From an uncultured Chloroflexia bacterium (lineage in GTDB: Bacteria > Chloroflexota > Anaerolineae > CG2-30-64-16), in the NCBI GenBank assembly GCA_963841825.1, contig CAWJEL010000021.1:7260-71259 (forward strand): DNA of 64,000 nt. The letters are read 5' to 3'. Made by a program: the position numbers and the translations under genes. Shown piece by piece: positions 1 to 9,656 of this stretch. The notes beneath the pieces are model-generated. The model did not search any database. It was not told where the DNA came from and saw only the letters and a list, made by a program, of their open reading frames with translations. The stretch's first letter is position 1, and each line of letters starts with the position of its first letter.

Positions 1-663
1 GATCTTGCCGTCTTTGAGAAAGACAATGCGGTCGGCGTACGCCGCGATGCGCGGGTCGTGCGTGACCATCAGCACCGCCCGTCCCCAGGTCTTCGCCACT
101 TGCTTGAGCAACTCGGCGATTTCGTCCGCCGACTTGGTGTCGAGGTTGCCGGTCGGTTCGTCGGCCAGCACGAGCACGGGATCGGCGATGAGCGCGCGTG
201 CGATCGCGACGCGCTGTTGCTGGCCCGCCGACAACTGATCGGGACGGCTGGTGAGGCGCTGCTCCAGCCCGACCTTGGTCAACCACTCCGTTGCCTTTTG
301 TTTGGACTGGGCTGAATTCGCGCCGTCGAGCAAAAGCGGGAGAGCCGCGTTTTCGACCGACGACAGAATCGGAATGAGATTGAAGAATTGAAACACGTAG
401 CCGATCTTGCGGCGGCGCAATTGCGAGATCGCATTGTCGGATAATTTGGCGAGTGCCTGCCCGTCAATGCTGACGTCCCCTTCCGAGGGCCGGTCGAGTC
501 CGCCGAGCAAGTGCAACAGCGTGGACTTGCCACAGCCGCTCGGGCCCATCACCGCGACGAACTCACCCGGATTCACGATGAGCTTCACGTGATCGAGCGC
601 GACGACAGCCGTGTCACCCGTGCCGTACACTTTGGTAAGGTTTTCCGCTTGAATAAGCGCCAT
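1..663 (-). CDS. ABC transporter ATP-binding protein (MacB/LolD-like); C-terminal end lies beyond the left window edge
   Basis: Own minus-strand translation from the ATG at 663: MALIQAENLTKVYGTGDTAVVALDHV..., Walker A GPSGCGKSTLL, ABC signature LSAGQQQRVAIARAL, Walker B VLVLADEPTGNLD. Missing from the ORF track only because the frame is open at the edge. Confidence 0.9.
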   Translation of the reverse strand, partial: MALIQAENLTKVYGTGDTAVVALDHVKLIVNPGEFVAVMGPSGCGKSTLLHLLGGLDRPSEGDVSIDGQALAKLSDNAISQLRRRKIGYVFQFFNLIPILSSVENAALPLLLDGANSAQSKQKATEWLTKVGLEQRLTSRPDQLSAGQQQRVAIARALIADPVLVLADEPTGNLDTKSADEIAELLKQVAKTWGRAVLMVTHDPRIAAYADRIVFLKDGKI

Positions 664-769
664 GGTCAACTCCAATGCTGATTTCTGCTGGTCCATCAAC
701 CAGATAAGTTCCAACGCTTCTTTGGGCTGCCGCGCGGTTTAGGCTCCGGCTCGGGCAATCGCCCTTTCG

Positions 770-1429
770 TCATTCGCTGCTTCGCCTGCCCAGGCCATGT
801 TCAAGGATACTCACAGTCTGAGCAAAAAGCTCCTTCACATCAGGCCGCTCAAGAAAAGCCCGACTTTCCTGCTCGGACGCATCCCCTTCTCTGATCACCC
901 GGCCAAGGATGTAGTGTCCCACGGTGTTCAGTGTTGCATCGAAGATCACTGCGGCCAATTCAGGATCGATATCGGCTGCAATGTCACCCTGCTGTTTGCC
1001 GATTTCCACGAGCTGCTTATAGAAGGTCAGGGTAGCCTCGCGAACCTGGAAGTCAAAAACCTCCGATCGCGCGCCCGTCTTGATGTAGCGTAAACCGATC
1101 CTTGTCAGCTTCGGATTGCGCAGTTCAAAGGCCACACCCACCGCAGCCGTCCAGTGCAGATAGGCGAAGATGCCGATGTGCTCCGGATCAGGGTGATCCA
1201 GGGACAACGACTGGGTCTTGGCCTCTGCGAGCAAGCCGAGCAGGTAGCCGTACAGGTCGTCTTTGTCGACAAAGTACTGGTAGAAGCTGCCCTTGGCGAT
1301 GCCGGCGCGCGCCACGATGCGCGAGATGGACACGCTGTCGTAGTCGTTATCGGCGAACTCGTCGATGGCCACCTGGAGAATTTGCTCCCGCTTTTCGTCG
1401 GGAAGATTGAAAAAAGTTTGGTTCGGCAT
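770..1429 (-). CDS. TetR/AcrR family transcriptional regulator
   Basis: 219-aa ORF. N-terminal HTH SVSISRIVARAGIAKGSFYQYFVDKDDLY is typical of TetR_N. The rest is a helical ligand-domain-like region. Confidence 0.9.
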   Translation of the reverse strand: MPNQTFFNLPDEKREQILQVAIDEFADNDYDSVSISRIVARAGIAKGSFYQYFVDKDDLYGYLLGLLAEAKTQSLSLDHPDPEHIGIFAYLHWTAAVGVAFELRNPKLTRIGLRYIKTGARSEVFDFQVREATLTFYKQLVEIGKQQGDIAADIDPELAAVIFDATLNTVGHYILGRVIREGDASEQESRAFLERPDVKELFAQTVSILEHGLGRRSSE

Positions 1430-1447
1430 ATACCACGCGCACCAACT

Positions 1448-1483
1448 ATGTGACTAGCCGGTCATGTGACCGACCAGTCACAT
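1448..1483. promoter_or_regulatory. Candidate TetR operator; best palindrome ATGTGAC-N6-GTCACAT at 1464-1483
   Basis: Three ATGTGAC/GTCACAT half-sites within 36 bp, 19 bp upstream of the TetR start (1429, minus), in the divergent region facing ilvE. Confidence 0.4.
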
Positions 1484-1689
1484 TATATCTCCCTTGGCTG
1501 AATTGTCAAGTCAGCGGAAAGGCCAATCAAACTGGATGCAGGGCATACTTTAGCGAAACATCCTTCAACCATGAGAACGAGGAGCGCAGTTTGGCAACGA
1601 GCCGACCTCGGTAGTATCATAGTGTGACTTGGATGGCGCCGCCGTGCGAACTGCGGCCCGAGATGCTCAGCCCACGAAAGGCAACTGCC

Positions 1690-2766
1690 ATGAAGATTAC
1701 CGTTGAACCATTGGAACCAGGCGATCACAAGCCCTTCCCGACTGACCTGGGCTTTGGCCGTCACTTCAGCAACCGTATGTTCAGCCAAAGTTACAACCCC
1801 GATCAAGGCTGGCACGACGCCCGGATCGGCCCCTATCGCCCGCTGACGCTGGACCCCGCCGCGGTGGTTTTCCACTACGGGCAGGAGATCTTTGAGGGAC
1901 TCAAGGCCTACCGGCGGCCCGACGGCAGGATCAACCTGTTCCGGCCGTGGGAGAACGCCGCCCGCTTCAATCGCTCGGCCACGCGCATGGCGATGGCCGA
2001 GGTGGACCCGGAAGAACACGTCGAAGCGATCGCCGAACTGGTCGGCCTGGAGCACGCGTGGGTCCCGGCCGAGCCCGGCGCCTCGCTGTACATCCGGCCC
2101 ACCCTGATCGCCACCGACGTCGGGCTTGGGGTTCATGCCAGCCACACCTACCTGCACTTCATCATCGTCGGCCCGGTCGGCCCCTACTTCGCCACGGGCT
2201 TCAACCCGGTGGCCGTCTACATTTCCCGTGACCACGTGCGCGCGGTGCGCGGGGGCACCGGCGCGGCCAAGGCCGGCGGCAATTACGCGGCCAGCCTCTT
2301 CGTTGCGGAGAAAGTCAGGGAGCTGGGGTATCAGCAGGTGCTCTGGCTGGATGCGGTGGAGCGGCGTTATGTCGAGGAAGTCGGCGCGATGAACATCGCC
2401 TTCGTCTACGACGGGACGCACATCGCGACGCCGGCGCTCTCCGGCAGCATCCTGCCGGGCATCACGCGCGACTCGGTGCTGAGGTTGGCGCCCGATCTGG
2501 GCTACACCGTAAGCGAAGAACGGATCGACGTGAACCAGGCGCTCGCCGACATCCGCAGCGGGCGGATCACCGAAGCGTTCGGCATCGGCACCGCGGCCGT
2601 CATCGCGCCGGTGGGGACACTGGGTTCCGAGGACGAGACAGTCACCGTGAACGCCAACCAGCCAGGGCCGGTGGCCCGGCGCCTATACGACGCGCTGACC
2701 GACATCCAATACGGACGCACACCTGATCCTTACGGGTGGACCTACACGCTCAAGCCGGCGGCATAA
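1690..2766 (+). CDS. ilvE: Branched-chain amino acid aminotransferase (class IV fold, long form)
   Basis: ORF 1624-2766. I chose the internal ATG at 1690 (MKITVEPLE...). Motifs FGRHFSNRMF, HYGQEIFEGLKAYR, RFNRSATRMAM and GGTGAAKAGGNYAASL are characteristic of IlvE. Confidence 0.9.
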   Translation: MKITVEPLEPGDHKPFPTDLGFGRHFSNRMFSQSYNPDQGWHDARIGPYRPLTLDPAAVVFHYGQEIFEGLKAYRRPDGRINLFRPWENAARFNRSATRMAMAEVDPEEHVEAIAELVGLEHAWVPAEPGASLYIRPTLIATDVGLGVHASHTYLHFIIVGPVGPYFATGFNPVAVYISRDHVRAVRGGTGAAKAGGNYAASLFVAEKVRELGYQQVLWLDAVERRYVEEVGAMNIAFVYDGTHIATPALSGSILPGITRDSVLRLAPDLGYTVSEERIDVNQALADIRSGRITEAFGIGTAAVIAPVGTLGSEDETVTVNANQPGPVARRLYDALTDIQYGRTPDPYGWTYTLKPAA

Positions 2767-2806
2767 AATCCTAGCCCGGACGAGCCGGATCCCACACCGC
2801 CTCTAA

Positions 2807-2876
2807 CCACCAAGACACGAAGTCACTAAGAAACACAAAGACCATTGATTCCTTTGCCATCTTCGTGTCTTGGTGG
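2807..2876. repeat. CACNAAG/CTTNGTG hairpin element, copy 1 (16-bp perfect stem CCACCAAGACACGAAG / CTTCGTGTCTTGGTGG, 38-nt loop)
   Basis: Read directly. Lies between the convergent stops of ilvE (2766) and the transaldolase-family gene (2902). Same family as 10575-10700, 13644-13724 and 15053-15133. Confidence 0.8.
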
Positions 2877-2901
2877 CGGCCTACATCGACACTCACGAGC
2901 G

Positions 2902-4071
2902 TTAGGTGGTGAAACCCTCGATCGCTTCCATCGAACGCACAAAGGCGCTGGCCGTGGCCTGGAGTGCCGGGTGTCCCACCCATTCATCCGGCGCCAAGCC
3001 CTGTTCGTCGTAGGCCTCAGCAAAATAGGGGATGCAGGAGAGCCGCGCCAGGACGTCGTCGGGCACCGGCTCCTCGATCTGCGGATCAATGGGCAATCCC
3101 GGATAGTTCGCCAGAAACGCCTCGAAAATGTTCGGGAAGACCGTCAGCACGGCGTTTGCGCCGGCCAGCTTCTCCAAATGCCAGACGCGCTGCACGCCGT
3201 CCACGGTCGGGCCGAGACGCATCGACGCTGCCATCAGCTTGGACGGATAGCCGCGCTCGCGAAATAGGGCGTGGGCTTTGCGGAAGATCGCGATGCCCGC
3301 CCAGCGCAGGTCTGCATCCGTCAGCTCGATGCCGCGCTCAGCAGCTTGCTCCTTGAACGGCGGCGCATCCTCGTAGCGGCCCAGCATCATTACCGCACAT
3401 GAGCGCCAGTTGCGCAGGTCTGTCCCGCGCCGCTGCGCCTCCGCCAGCCCCGCGGCCGCCGCCTCACCGGTCGCCACCAGTTGAGACACCGTGAAGCCAA
3501 GCGTTACGTTCGTCGGGATGCCCTCGGCGGTCAGGATGCGGACCGCTTCGATGCCCTCCGCCGTGCCCGGCAGCTTCACCATGATGTTGGGCCGCGCGGC
3601 GTGGATGCGCCGCGCCTGATCAAGCATCGCCGGCAGATCGGTCAGGTCGCGCGGGTCCACCTGGCAGCAGATTTGCCCGCGTCGACGGTCCGTCGCCTCG
3701 AAGATAGGCAGCAGCATGTCGGCCCCGCGGGCCGCCACTTCGATGTGCGTCCGCCACATCGCCTCGCGCGCTTCCGGGGCGTCTGACACCGGGTACACCT
3801 CCGTCCTCAGCCACTCGGACCAAAACTCAGGGTACTGCTCCAGCACCTGCCAGGTGAGCGGCTGGTTTGTGGTCGCGCCGTCGAGCAAGCTGTCGGGGGC
3901 AAAGATAGTCTGGCCGTCCGGATTGGAGACAAGGTCAAACAGCCGGGCAGCGTGATACGCCTGCCCCGCACCGGCCAGCCAGTCGGCGTAGACCAACGGC
4001 GATGAATCCCACCAGACTTCAAGCTGCGGGTTGGTGTCCTTCAGACGGCGGATCGGGTTAGAATCGGGCAT
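2902..4071 (-). CDS. Transaldolase-family protein
   Basis: ORF 2902-4077 begins at TTG, so I prefer the ATG at 4071 (MPDSNPIRRLKD...). WWDSSPL, GATTNQP and MVKLPGTAEGIEAVRILTAEGIPTNVTLGFT (Schiff-base Lys region) match the transaldolase fold. Confidence 0.8.
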   Translation of the reverse strand: MPDSNPIRRLKDTNPQLEVWWDSSPLVYADWLAGAGQAYHAARLFDLVSNPDGQTIFAPDSLLDGATTNQPLTWQVLEQYPEFWSEWLRTEVYPVSDAPEAREAMWRTHIEVAARGADMLLPIFEATDRRRGQICCQVDPRDLTDLPAMLDQARRIHAARPNIMVKLPGTAEGIEAVRILTAEGIPTNVTLGFTVSQLVATGEAAAAGLAEAQRRGTDLRNWRSCAVMMLGRYEDAPPFKEQAAERGIELTDADLRWAGIAIFRKAHALFRERGYPSKLMAASMRLGPTVDGVQRVWHLEKLAGANAVLTVFPNIFEAFLANYPGLPIDPQIEEPVPDDVLARLSCIPYFAEAYDEQGLAPDEWVGHPALQATASAFVRSMEAIEGFTT

Positions 4072-4197
4072 GATCAAACTCCAGCGATAGCGGTGGATGA
4101 CGCCACCGCCCGATATACACGAGAGTCCGCTGAAGCAGCCTGAACTTCAGACGGCCAACCCGCTTCAGCGGGTTTCGACATCTATCAAACGCCGAAT

Positions 4198-5286
4198 TCA
4201 TTCGGCGGCGCTTGCGCCATTCCACCCACGCAGAACCAATGCCGCCTGCCGCGGTCCGGCCGTCGAACCCCGCAGCATCAGCTCGGACTTGATCTCCATC
4301 AGGCTCGGCGCCCGGCCGCGCTGCTCCGGCTCCTCGATCCGCGTCAACAACAACGTCACCGCGGCCTCGGCCAGCCGAGATTGGCTGCTGCTGATCGCCG
4401 TGATCTTCGGCACGGTGAAGCTGAACCATTCGACATCGTCGAAACAGATCAGCGACACATCATCCGGCACGACGACGCCGTAGGATTGCAACGTGGCAAT
4501 CACGCCGGGGATCAATGCGCCACTGGCCACAAAAAGCGCGGTGGGGGAATCGCTGAGCCGCATCAGGTTTGCGGTGGCGACCGAGCCCCAAGTGTTGCGC
4601 AGCGCGCCGAGCCGGACCAGCTCCTCGGCAACGGGCAGGTTGTGCTCGCGCAGCGCAGCCTGATAGCCCTGCCAGCGCGCCTGGTTGCTGCTGTGGTGGA
4701 CATCACCGCCGATGTAGCCGATGCGCCGGTGGCCCAGGCTGAGCAGGTGATTCGTCGCCGCGACTGCCCCCGCAAAGTCCTCGAAGGTGACCGTATCCAA
4801 CCCGTCACCCGGCACGCGACGGATGGCGGCGACGGCTGGCACGCCGTGCTCGACCAGGGAGTCAACCAACGCTTTGTCCACGGCCGATGGCACCAGGATC
4901 AACCCGTCCACGTTCTGGCCGATCATGTCCCGGAGGGTTTCGGCCTCGGCCCGCGAATCATCGCCCGTCGGGGACAGCAGCAAATGGTAACCGTGCTGCG
5001 CCAGGATCCGGCTGGCTGCGTCGGCCAACGCGGTGTAGCCGGCATTAAGCAGGTTCGGCATCACCAGCCCGATGGCGCGGCTCGATTGCCCGCGCAACGC
5101 GCGCGCTTGCAGGTTCGGCTGGTAGTTCAAAGTATGCGCCGCGTCCTCGATCCGCTGGCGCGTCTCCTCGGCTGCCAAACCTGCGCCGGCCAGCACGCGC
5201 GACGCCGTCGCAACAGACGTTCCCGCCAGTTGCGCCACATCTTTGAGCGTGGCGCGCCGCGCACGCGACGCGGCCATAGCAGCCAT
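4198..5286 (-). CDS. LacI family transcriptional regulator
   Basis: ATLKDVAQLAGTSVATASRVLAG HTH followed by a periplasmic-binding-protein-like sugar-binding core. Start taken at ATG 5286, 2 nt after the upstream gene's stop. Confidence 0.9.
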   Translation of the reverse strand: MAAMAASRARRATLKDVAQLAGTSVATASRVLAGAGLAAEETRQRIEDAAHTLNYQPNLQARALRGQSSRAIGLVMPNLLNAGYTALADAASRILAQHGYHLLLSPTGDDSRAEAETLRDMIGQNVDGLILVPSAVDKALVDSLVEHGVPAVAAIRRVPGDGLDTVTFEDFAGAVAATNHLLSLGHRRIGYIGGDVHHSSNQARWQGYQAALREHNLPVAEELVRLGALRNTWGSVATANLMRLSDSPTALFVASGALIPGVIATLQSYGVVVPDDVSLICFDDVEWFSFTVPKITAISSSQSRLAEAAVTLLLTRIEEPEQRGRAPSLMEIKSELMLRGSTAGPRQAALVLRGWNGASAAE

Positions 5287-5288
5287 CC

Positions 5289-6278
5289 TCAACTCCCCAT
5301 AGTGCCGTAGGTGACGCACAGCGCCGTTTCCAACGACTCACCGGGCGCCAGCACGCGCGCCTCGCCTTCGGTAATCGCCCGCGCCAGATTGTAACGCGCC
5401 ACCCACGGCTCCACGCCCAGACCGTACATCCCCGTCAGCGGCGGCGCATCGGAGCCGCCGTAGGGCATCCACAGCACGACATAGCGAAAAATCTCGGCGT
5501 CCCAGTCGAGGCTCACCGCCAACCCCAGCCGGGCGTTGGTCACCGTGAAGTGGCCGCGCGCCAGCTCGCCCAGGAATACATCGTCATGCGTGTGCGCCTC
5601 CGGGCCATGCACCTGACGAAGGTCCACGCGTTGGCCGGGCTGCCGGCCCAGCGCCATCGGCCACGCTTCCCGCTGACCGGGCGCCAGCGCAGCCGTCGCC
5701 GGCTCGAAGTGGACATCCGGGCTGATGATCACGCCGGCCGGCATCTCCAGCCAACACCCTTCTTCCAGGAAGGGCGCGCCCAGGACGAGGTGATGGCCCC
5801 AGGTGAACGGAGCCGGCTTGTCGCCCAGGTTGCGGACGCATTCCTCCAGCGTCAGCGCCGGCTCACCCGCGCGCAGACGCATCGTCCGCGCCAGGCGCAG
5901 CGGCAGGGCGCGGCTTTCCACGCTGAAGCGCACGGCGATCTCGGCGCCGGTATCCGCCAGAATCTCGACGTCCCAGGGCAGCAAGGGGGTTTCACCATGA
6001 AACGGGATCGCGTGCCCACGGACTTCGCAGGCAGCGTTGCTGCTGGGGAACATCTCCTGCCAGCCCCCCTCGTAGTTTTCCAGGAAGTCGATGGCGGGCG
6101 CAGCGCCGGGCGGCTTCAGCCCCCACGGGGTCTTCGCCAGGCAATCCACACCGCTCGGCTTGTGGATCAGCTCGGCAATATCAGCGCCCTTGTCGGGCAG
6201 GATGCAAACCCGCAGCAGGTCGTTTTCCAGGTAGATCGCCCGGTGCCCGTTGAGGGTTCCCGTTTTAACTTCGTTCAT
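5289..6278 (-). CDS. Aldose 1-epimerase-like / DUF4432-type protein
   Basis: 329-aa ORF inside the sugar operon. Its stop is adjacent to the LacI start and its start overlaps the stop of the upstream permease gene. Galactose-mutarotase-like pattern (LENDLLRV..LPDKGADI, FHGE, WGHH). Family call is by recollection only. Confidence 0.6.
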   Translation of the reverse strand: MNEVKTGTLNGHRAIYLENDLLRVCILPDKGADIAELIHKPSGVDCLAKTPWGLKPPGAAPAIDFLENYEGGWQEMFPSSNAACEVRGHAIPFHGETPLLPWDVEILADTGAEIAVRFSVESRALPLRLARTMRLRAGEPALTLEECVRNLGDKPAPFTWGHHLVLGAPFLEEGCWLEMPAGVIISPDVHFEPATAALAPGQREAWPMALGRQPGQRVDLRQVHGPEAHTHDDVFLGELARGHFTVTNARLGLAVSLDWDAEIFRYVVLWMPYGGSDAPPLTGMYGLGVEPWVARYNLARAITEGEARVLAPGESLETALCVTYGTMGS

Positions 6279-7156
6279 TTCACCGCTCCGCTGGTCAGCC
6301 CTCGGATGAAGTAGCGCTGACCGAAAATATATAGGATCACGATAGGAATGGTCGCGACCAACAGGCCCGCCATCGTCGCAGGGATGTCGACATAGTTGCG
6401 CGAGCGCATGGAGGCGATCCCCACCATCAGCGTCTTCAGCTCATCCCGCTGCAGGAAGATCAGGGCGATGAGCAGCTCGTTCCACACCCACATCGCGTTG
6501 ACGACGACCAGCGTCATCACGGCGGGGCCGGAGAGCGGCAGCATGATGCGCAGAAATACGTCGAAGGTGGAGCAGCCGTCGATGCGCGCCGCCTCGACGA
6601 TCTCCCGCGGGATCGTCTTGAAGAAGTTGGTCAACAAGAAGACGGAAAACGGCATCAGCAGCCCCACATAGATGAGGATCACGCCCTGATACGTGTTGAC
6701 CATCTTCCAGGAGACCATGGAGACGAAGAGCGGCACCACCATCACCACCGGCGGCACCACCATCAGCGCAATCACCAGGTTGAAAAGCGATTTCTTGCCT
6801 GGGAACGTCATGCGCGCAAAGGCAAAGGCCGCCAGACTGGCGATAAACGTCGAGATGAGCACGGCGCCGACGGTCAGGATCAGGCTGTTGGTGAAGCGAA
6901 CGAAAAACTTCTCCCCGGCCAGCGCGGTGCTGAAATTGGCGAGTGTGGGCTGTAACGGCAGCCCCCACTTGTTGCCGAGGTATTGTGACTTGGTCTTGAA
7001 CGCCGAAACGGCCATAAAATAGACGGGAAAAAGCGACAACAGGGTCGCAAAGATCACGATAGCCTGGCGCATTCCCCGGGTCGCCCAGCGAGCGGAGGCC
7101 GCGCGCGCGGCGGGCTGCCGCACCGATCCGGTTGGTTGGGCGGGCGATCCGGTCAT
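6275..7156 (-). CDS. Carbohydrate ABC transporter permease (MalG-like)
   Basis: 293-aa polytopic ORF with the EAA-loop region EAARIDGCSTFDVFLRIMLPLSGPA. ATGA overlap with the upstream permease. Confidence 0.9.
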   Translation of the reverse strand: MTGSPAQPTGSVRQPAARAASARWATRGMRQAIVIFATLLSLFPVYFMAVSAFKTKSQYLGNKWGLPLQPTLANFSTALAGEKFFVRFTNSLILTVGAVLISTFIASLAAFAFARMTFPGKKSLFNLVIALMVVPPVVMVVPLFVSMVSWKMVNTYQGVILIYVGLLMPFSVFLLTNFFKTIPREIVEAARIDGCSTFDVFLRIMLPLSGPAVMTLVVVNAMWVWNELLIALIFLQRDELKTLMVGIASMRSRNYVDIPATMAGLLVATIPIVILYIFGQRYFIRGLTSGAVK

Positions 7157-8067
7157 GCTGCCCCCTCCGCCTCATCGCCGGTGCGCAGGCGCAACTCCAG
7201 AAAAATGAAGACCCCGGTCACCAGCAGCAACAGGATCGATACGGCGGCGGCGATGGACATCTGGTTGTACCGGAAACCCATCAGATACACGTACAGCTCC
7301 GTCACCATGGTGGCTGAGCCCGGGCCGCCGCCGGTCATCACAAACACGTAGCTGAAGACCCACGACAGCATGGTGATCACCGATACCACGGTGAAGAACT
7401 CGATCACGCTAGCGAGCTGAGGCACCGTGATGTGCCGCTGAAGCTGCCACCAGTTGGCGCCGTCGATCTTCGCCGCGTCGAACAACTCCTCCTCGACCGA
7501 CATCAGGCGGGCCAGGAACAGGACGACGCCGAAGCCCACCTCTTTCCAGATCACGACGAACATCAGCGTGCGCAGGGCCCAGCGCGAGCTGCCCAGCCAA
7601 TCCACGGCCAGCCCGCCCAGCCCGATCAGCTTTAAGAACTCGTTGAGCACACCACTCAACTGGAAGATGTACGAGAAGATCAGCCCCACCACGGTGATGG
7701 GCAGCAGATAGGGCAGGAACAATGTCGTCCGGTAGAACTGCCAACCGCGTATCCGTTCGAACAGGAACACGGCCAGCACCAGGGCGGCGAAGACCATGAC
7801 CGGGACACACAGCAGCAGGGTGAGGTTATTCTTCGCTGCCTGCAGAAAGACGTCGTCCCGGAACATGGCGCGGTAGTTCATCAGCCCGACGAACCGGGTT
7901 GCGCCGCCCGACGTGCGCTGGACACTCATGATCAACAGCCTGACCACCGGGTAGCCGAAAACCAACGTCAACGCGGCAAGCATCGGCGCCAGGAAAAGCC
8001 AGGGTTCCCATTTACGGTATTGCACGAGCTGGTTCTCCCGCAGGATGAACACACACCCGGCTGTCAC
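7153..8067 (-). CDS. Carbohydrate ABC transporter permease (MalF-like)
   Basis: 304-aa polytopic ORF with the EAA loop EELFDAAKIDGANWWQLQRHITVPQL. Confidence 0.9.
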   Translation of the reverse strand: MTAGCVFILRENQLVQYRKWEPWLFLAPMLAALTLVFGYPVVRLLIMSVQRTSGGATRFVGLMNYRAMFRDDVFLQAAKNNLTLLLCVPVMVFAALVLAVFLFERIRGWQFYRTTLFLPYLLPITVVGLIFSYIFQLSGVLNEFLKLIGLGGLAVDWLGSSRWALRTLMFVVIWKEVGFGVVLFLARLMSVEEELFDAAKIDGANWWQLQRHITVPQLASVIEFFTVVSVITMLSWVFSYVFVMTGGGPGSATMVTELYVYLMGFRYNQMSIAAAVSILLLLVTGVFIFLELRLRTGDEAEGAA

Positions 8068-8194
8068 TCTGAGCGGGTTAACGCCTCAACACCGCTAATA
8101 AAACAGCCTCAGCGAAGAGTCTTCAGACGATCGAGATGCTTCACTGACGTCTCGCCGTAACGAACATTGAGTCGTAAACCCGTTCAGCATGACA
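8063..8194. repeat. MITE-like element, copy 1 (terminal inverted repeats TGTCACTCTGAGCGGGTT / AACCCGTTCAGCATGACA)
   Basis: Read directly. Its 3' ~63 nt (GAGATGCTTCACTG...CATTGAG...ACCCGTTCAGCATGACA) recur at 11985-12047. Sits between the SBP and permease genes of the same operon. Confidence 0.7.
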
Positions 8195-8211
8195 ACTGGA
8201 AGTTTTTGGCC

Positions 8212-9588
8212 CTACTTCTGCCAGTTCTCGAAGTTCTTCACCGCGTCCGGGTTCTGCTCGCGCCACTTGGCCAGCACGTCGTCGGTCAGCTTGGCCAGAT
8301 CTTCGGGACTCTTCTCGCCGGCGAACAAAAGCTGCGTGCCGGCGAAGTTGGCCTGCTCATCCATCATGGAGGGGATGAAGTTCTCCAGGTTGGGGCCGCC
8401 GACCGTGGTGTCCCACTCATAGATTTGCTTGAGCACCGGCTGTTGGATCAGCCCGGTGTCCAGGCGGTTGTCGGCCGGCAGCACGCCGGTGTCCTGGTAC
8501 CAGGCGTTGACCCGCTCCGGTGTGTGCATGAACTGGAGGAAATCAGCCGCTTCCTTGGGATGCTTGGCCCACGAGGTGATGCCCCAGCCCTGTGCGGTGG
8601 TGACATAGGTGTCGGCCAGCTTGCCCTCGCCGTACTTGGGCACCATCATCACGCCCATGTTGTCCCAGCCCAGGTCTTTAGCCCAGCCAGCCAGGAAGGT
8701 GTCGTTGCCGAAGATCATGGCCGACTTGCCCTGGACGAAGAGATCCTGGCCCTGCTGGTAATCCACCGAGTTGATGTCCTCGTTGAAGCAGCCCGCGTCC
8801 TTCAGATCCTTGAGGCGGCTCCACCACTCGCTGAACTTGGGGTCGAGATACGCGCCCGGGGTCAGCGCCGCGGTCATGAAGTCCTTCTCGCTGTCCGCCC
8901 CCTGCCGGCCGAGGATAGAGAAGAGCCAGCCGCCGAACCAGCCGTCCTTCAGGCCGCCGGAGATCGGGACAACGCCGGAGGCCTTGAGCTTCGTGCATGC
9001 GGCCAACAGGTCGTCCCAAGTCTTGACGGCTGCGGGGTCCACCCCGGCCTGCTCAAAGAGCTTGGGGTTGTAGACAAACGGGTTGCCCGACAGATACCAC
9101 GGCACGCCCCACAGTTTACCGTCGTAGCTGCGCTCGAAGTTGTTGATCCAGTGGGCCTTCTCCTCGGCCGAGAAGAGGTCGTCCACCGGGATCAGCGCAT
9201 TGTTCCAGGCGTTTTCCAAAGTCCAGACGCCGCCCCAGAAGTACTGGATGTCAGGGCCTTGTTTGGCCGCCGCGGCCGACTGGAACGCCGGGATCAGGGT
9301 GTCGGTGGATTGCAGCACGGTCTCGAAGGTGACGTTGGGGTGCGCTTCCTTGTATTTGGCGATGGTGTCATTCAGCCATTTCTCTGCGCCGGGGGCTTCC
9401 TGCTCGCCCCACCACCAGACGACCAGATTCACGGGTTCGGCCGCGGCTTGAGGCGCCGCAGTGGATTCGACTGGCTTGGCTTCAGCCGGCGCCGCGGTCG
9501 GAACCGGGGCCGGGGCGGGCGCGGCGCAGGCTGTCAGCAGCAGCCCAAGCACGACGAGGACGGTTGCGATGCGAAACTTGCCTGACAT
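8212..9588 (-). CDS. ABC transporter extracellular sugar-binding lipoprotein
   Basis: 458-aa ORF with lipoprotein signal VLGLLLTAC. Family-1 solute-binding-protein-like sequence, heading the permease operon. Confidence 0.9.
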   Translation of the reverse strand: MSGKFRIATVLVVLGLLLTACAAPAPAPVPTAAPAEAKPVESTAAPQAAAEPVNLVVWWWGEQEAPGAEKWLNDTIAKYKEAHPNVTFETVLQSTDTLIPAFQSAAAAKQGPDIQYFWGGVWTLENAWNNALIPVDDLFSAEEKAHWINNFERSYDGKLWGVPWYLSGNPFVYNPKLFEQAGVDPAAVKTWDDLLAACTKLKASGVVPISGGLKDGWFGGWLFSILGRQGADSEKDFMTAALTPGAYLDPKFSEWWSRLKDLKDAGCFNEDINSVDYQQGQDLFVQGKSAMIFGNDTFLAGWAKDLGWDNMGVMMVPKYGEGKLADTYVTTAQGWGITSWAKHPKEAADFLQFMHTPERVNAWYQDTGVLPADNRLDTGLIQQPVLKQIYEWDTTVGGPNLENFIPSMMDEQANFAGTQLLFAGEKSPEDLAKLTDDVLAKWREQNPDAVKNFENWQK

Positions 9589-9656
9589 GGTATGTCTCCT
9601 TTCCCCTGATGGTGTGTGTCATCTCCGAGATGGCGTGCCATCTCCGAGATGGCGTG

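Noticed and set aside
4135-4215. Palindromes AACCCGCTTCAGCGGGTT and GCCGAATTCATTCGGC after the LacI gene as terminators
   Set aside because: The stems are short, there is no clear U-tract on the minus strand, and the second palindrome overlaps the LacI stop codon. They are plausible but too weak to annotate.
8167-9585. 472-aa plus-strand ORF opposite the sugar-binding protein gene
   Set aside because: Same artefact. The minus-strand product has a lipoprotein signal and solute-binding-protein homology. The plus-strand translation is repetitive (L, V, G, R, H) and featureless.
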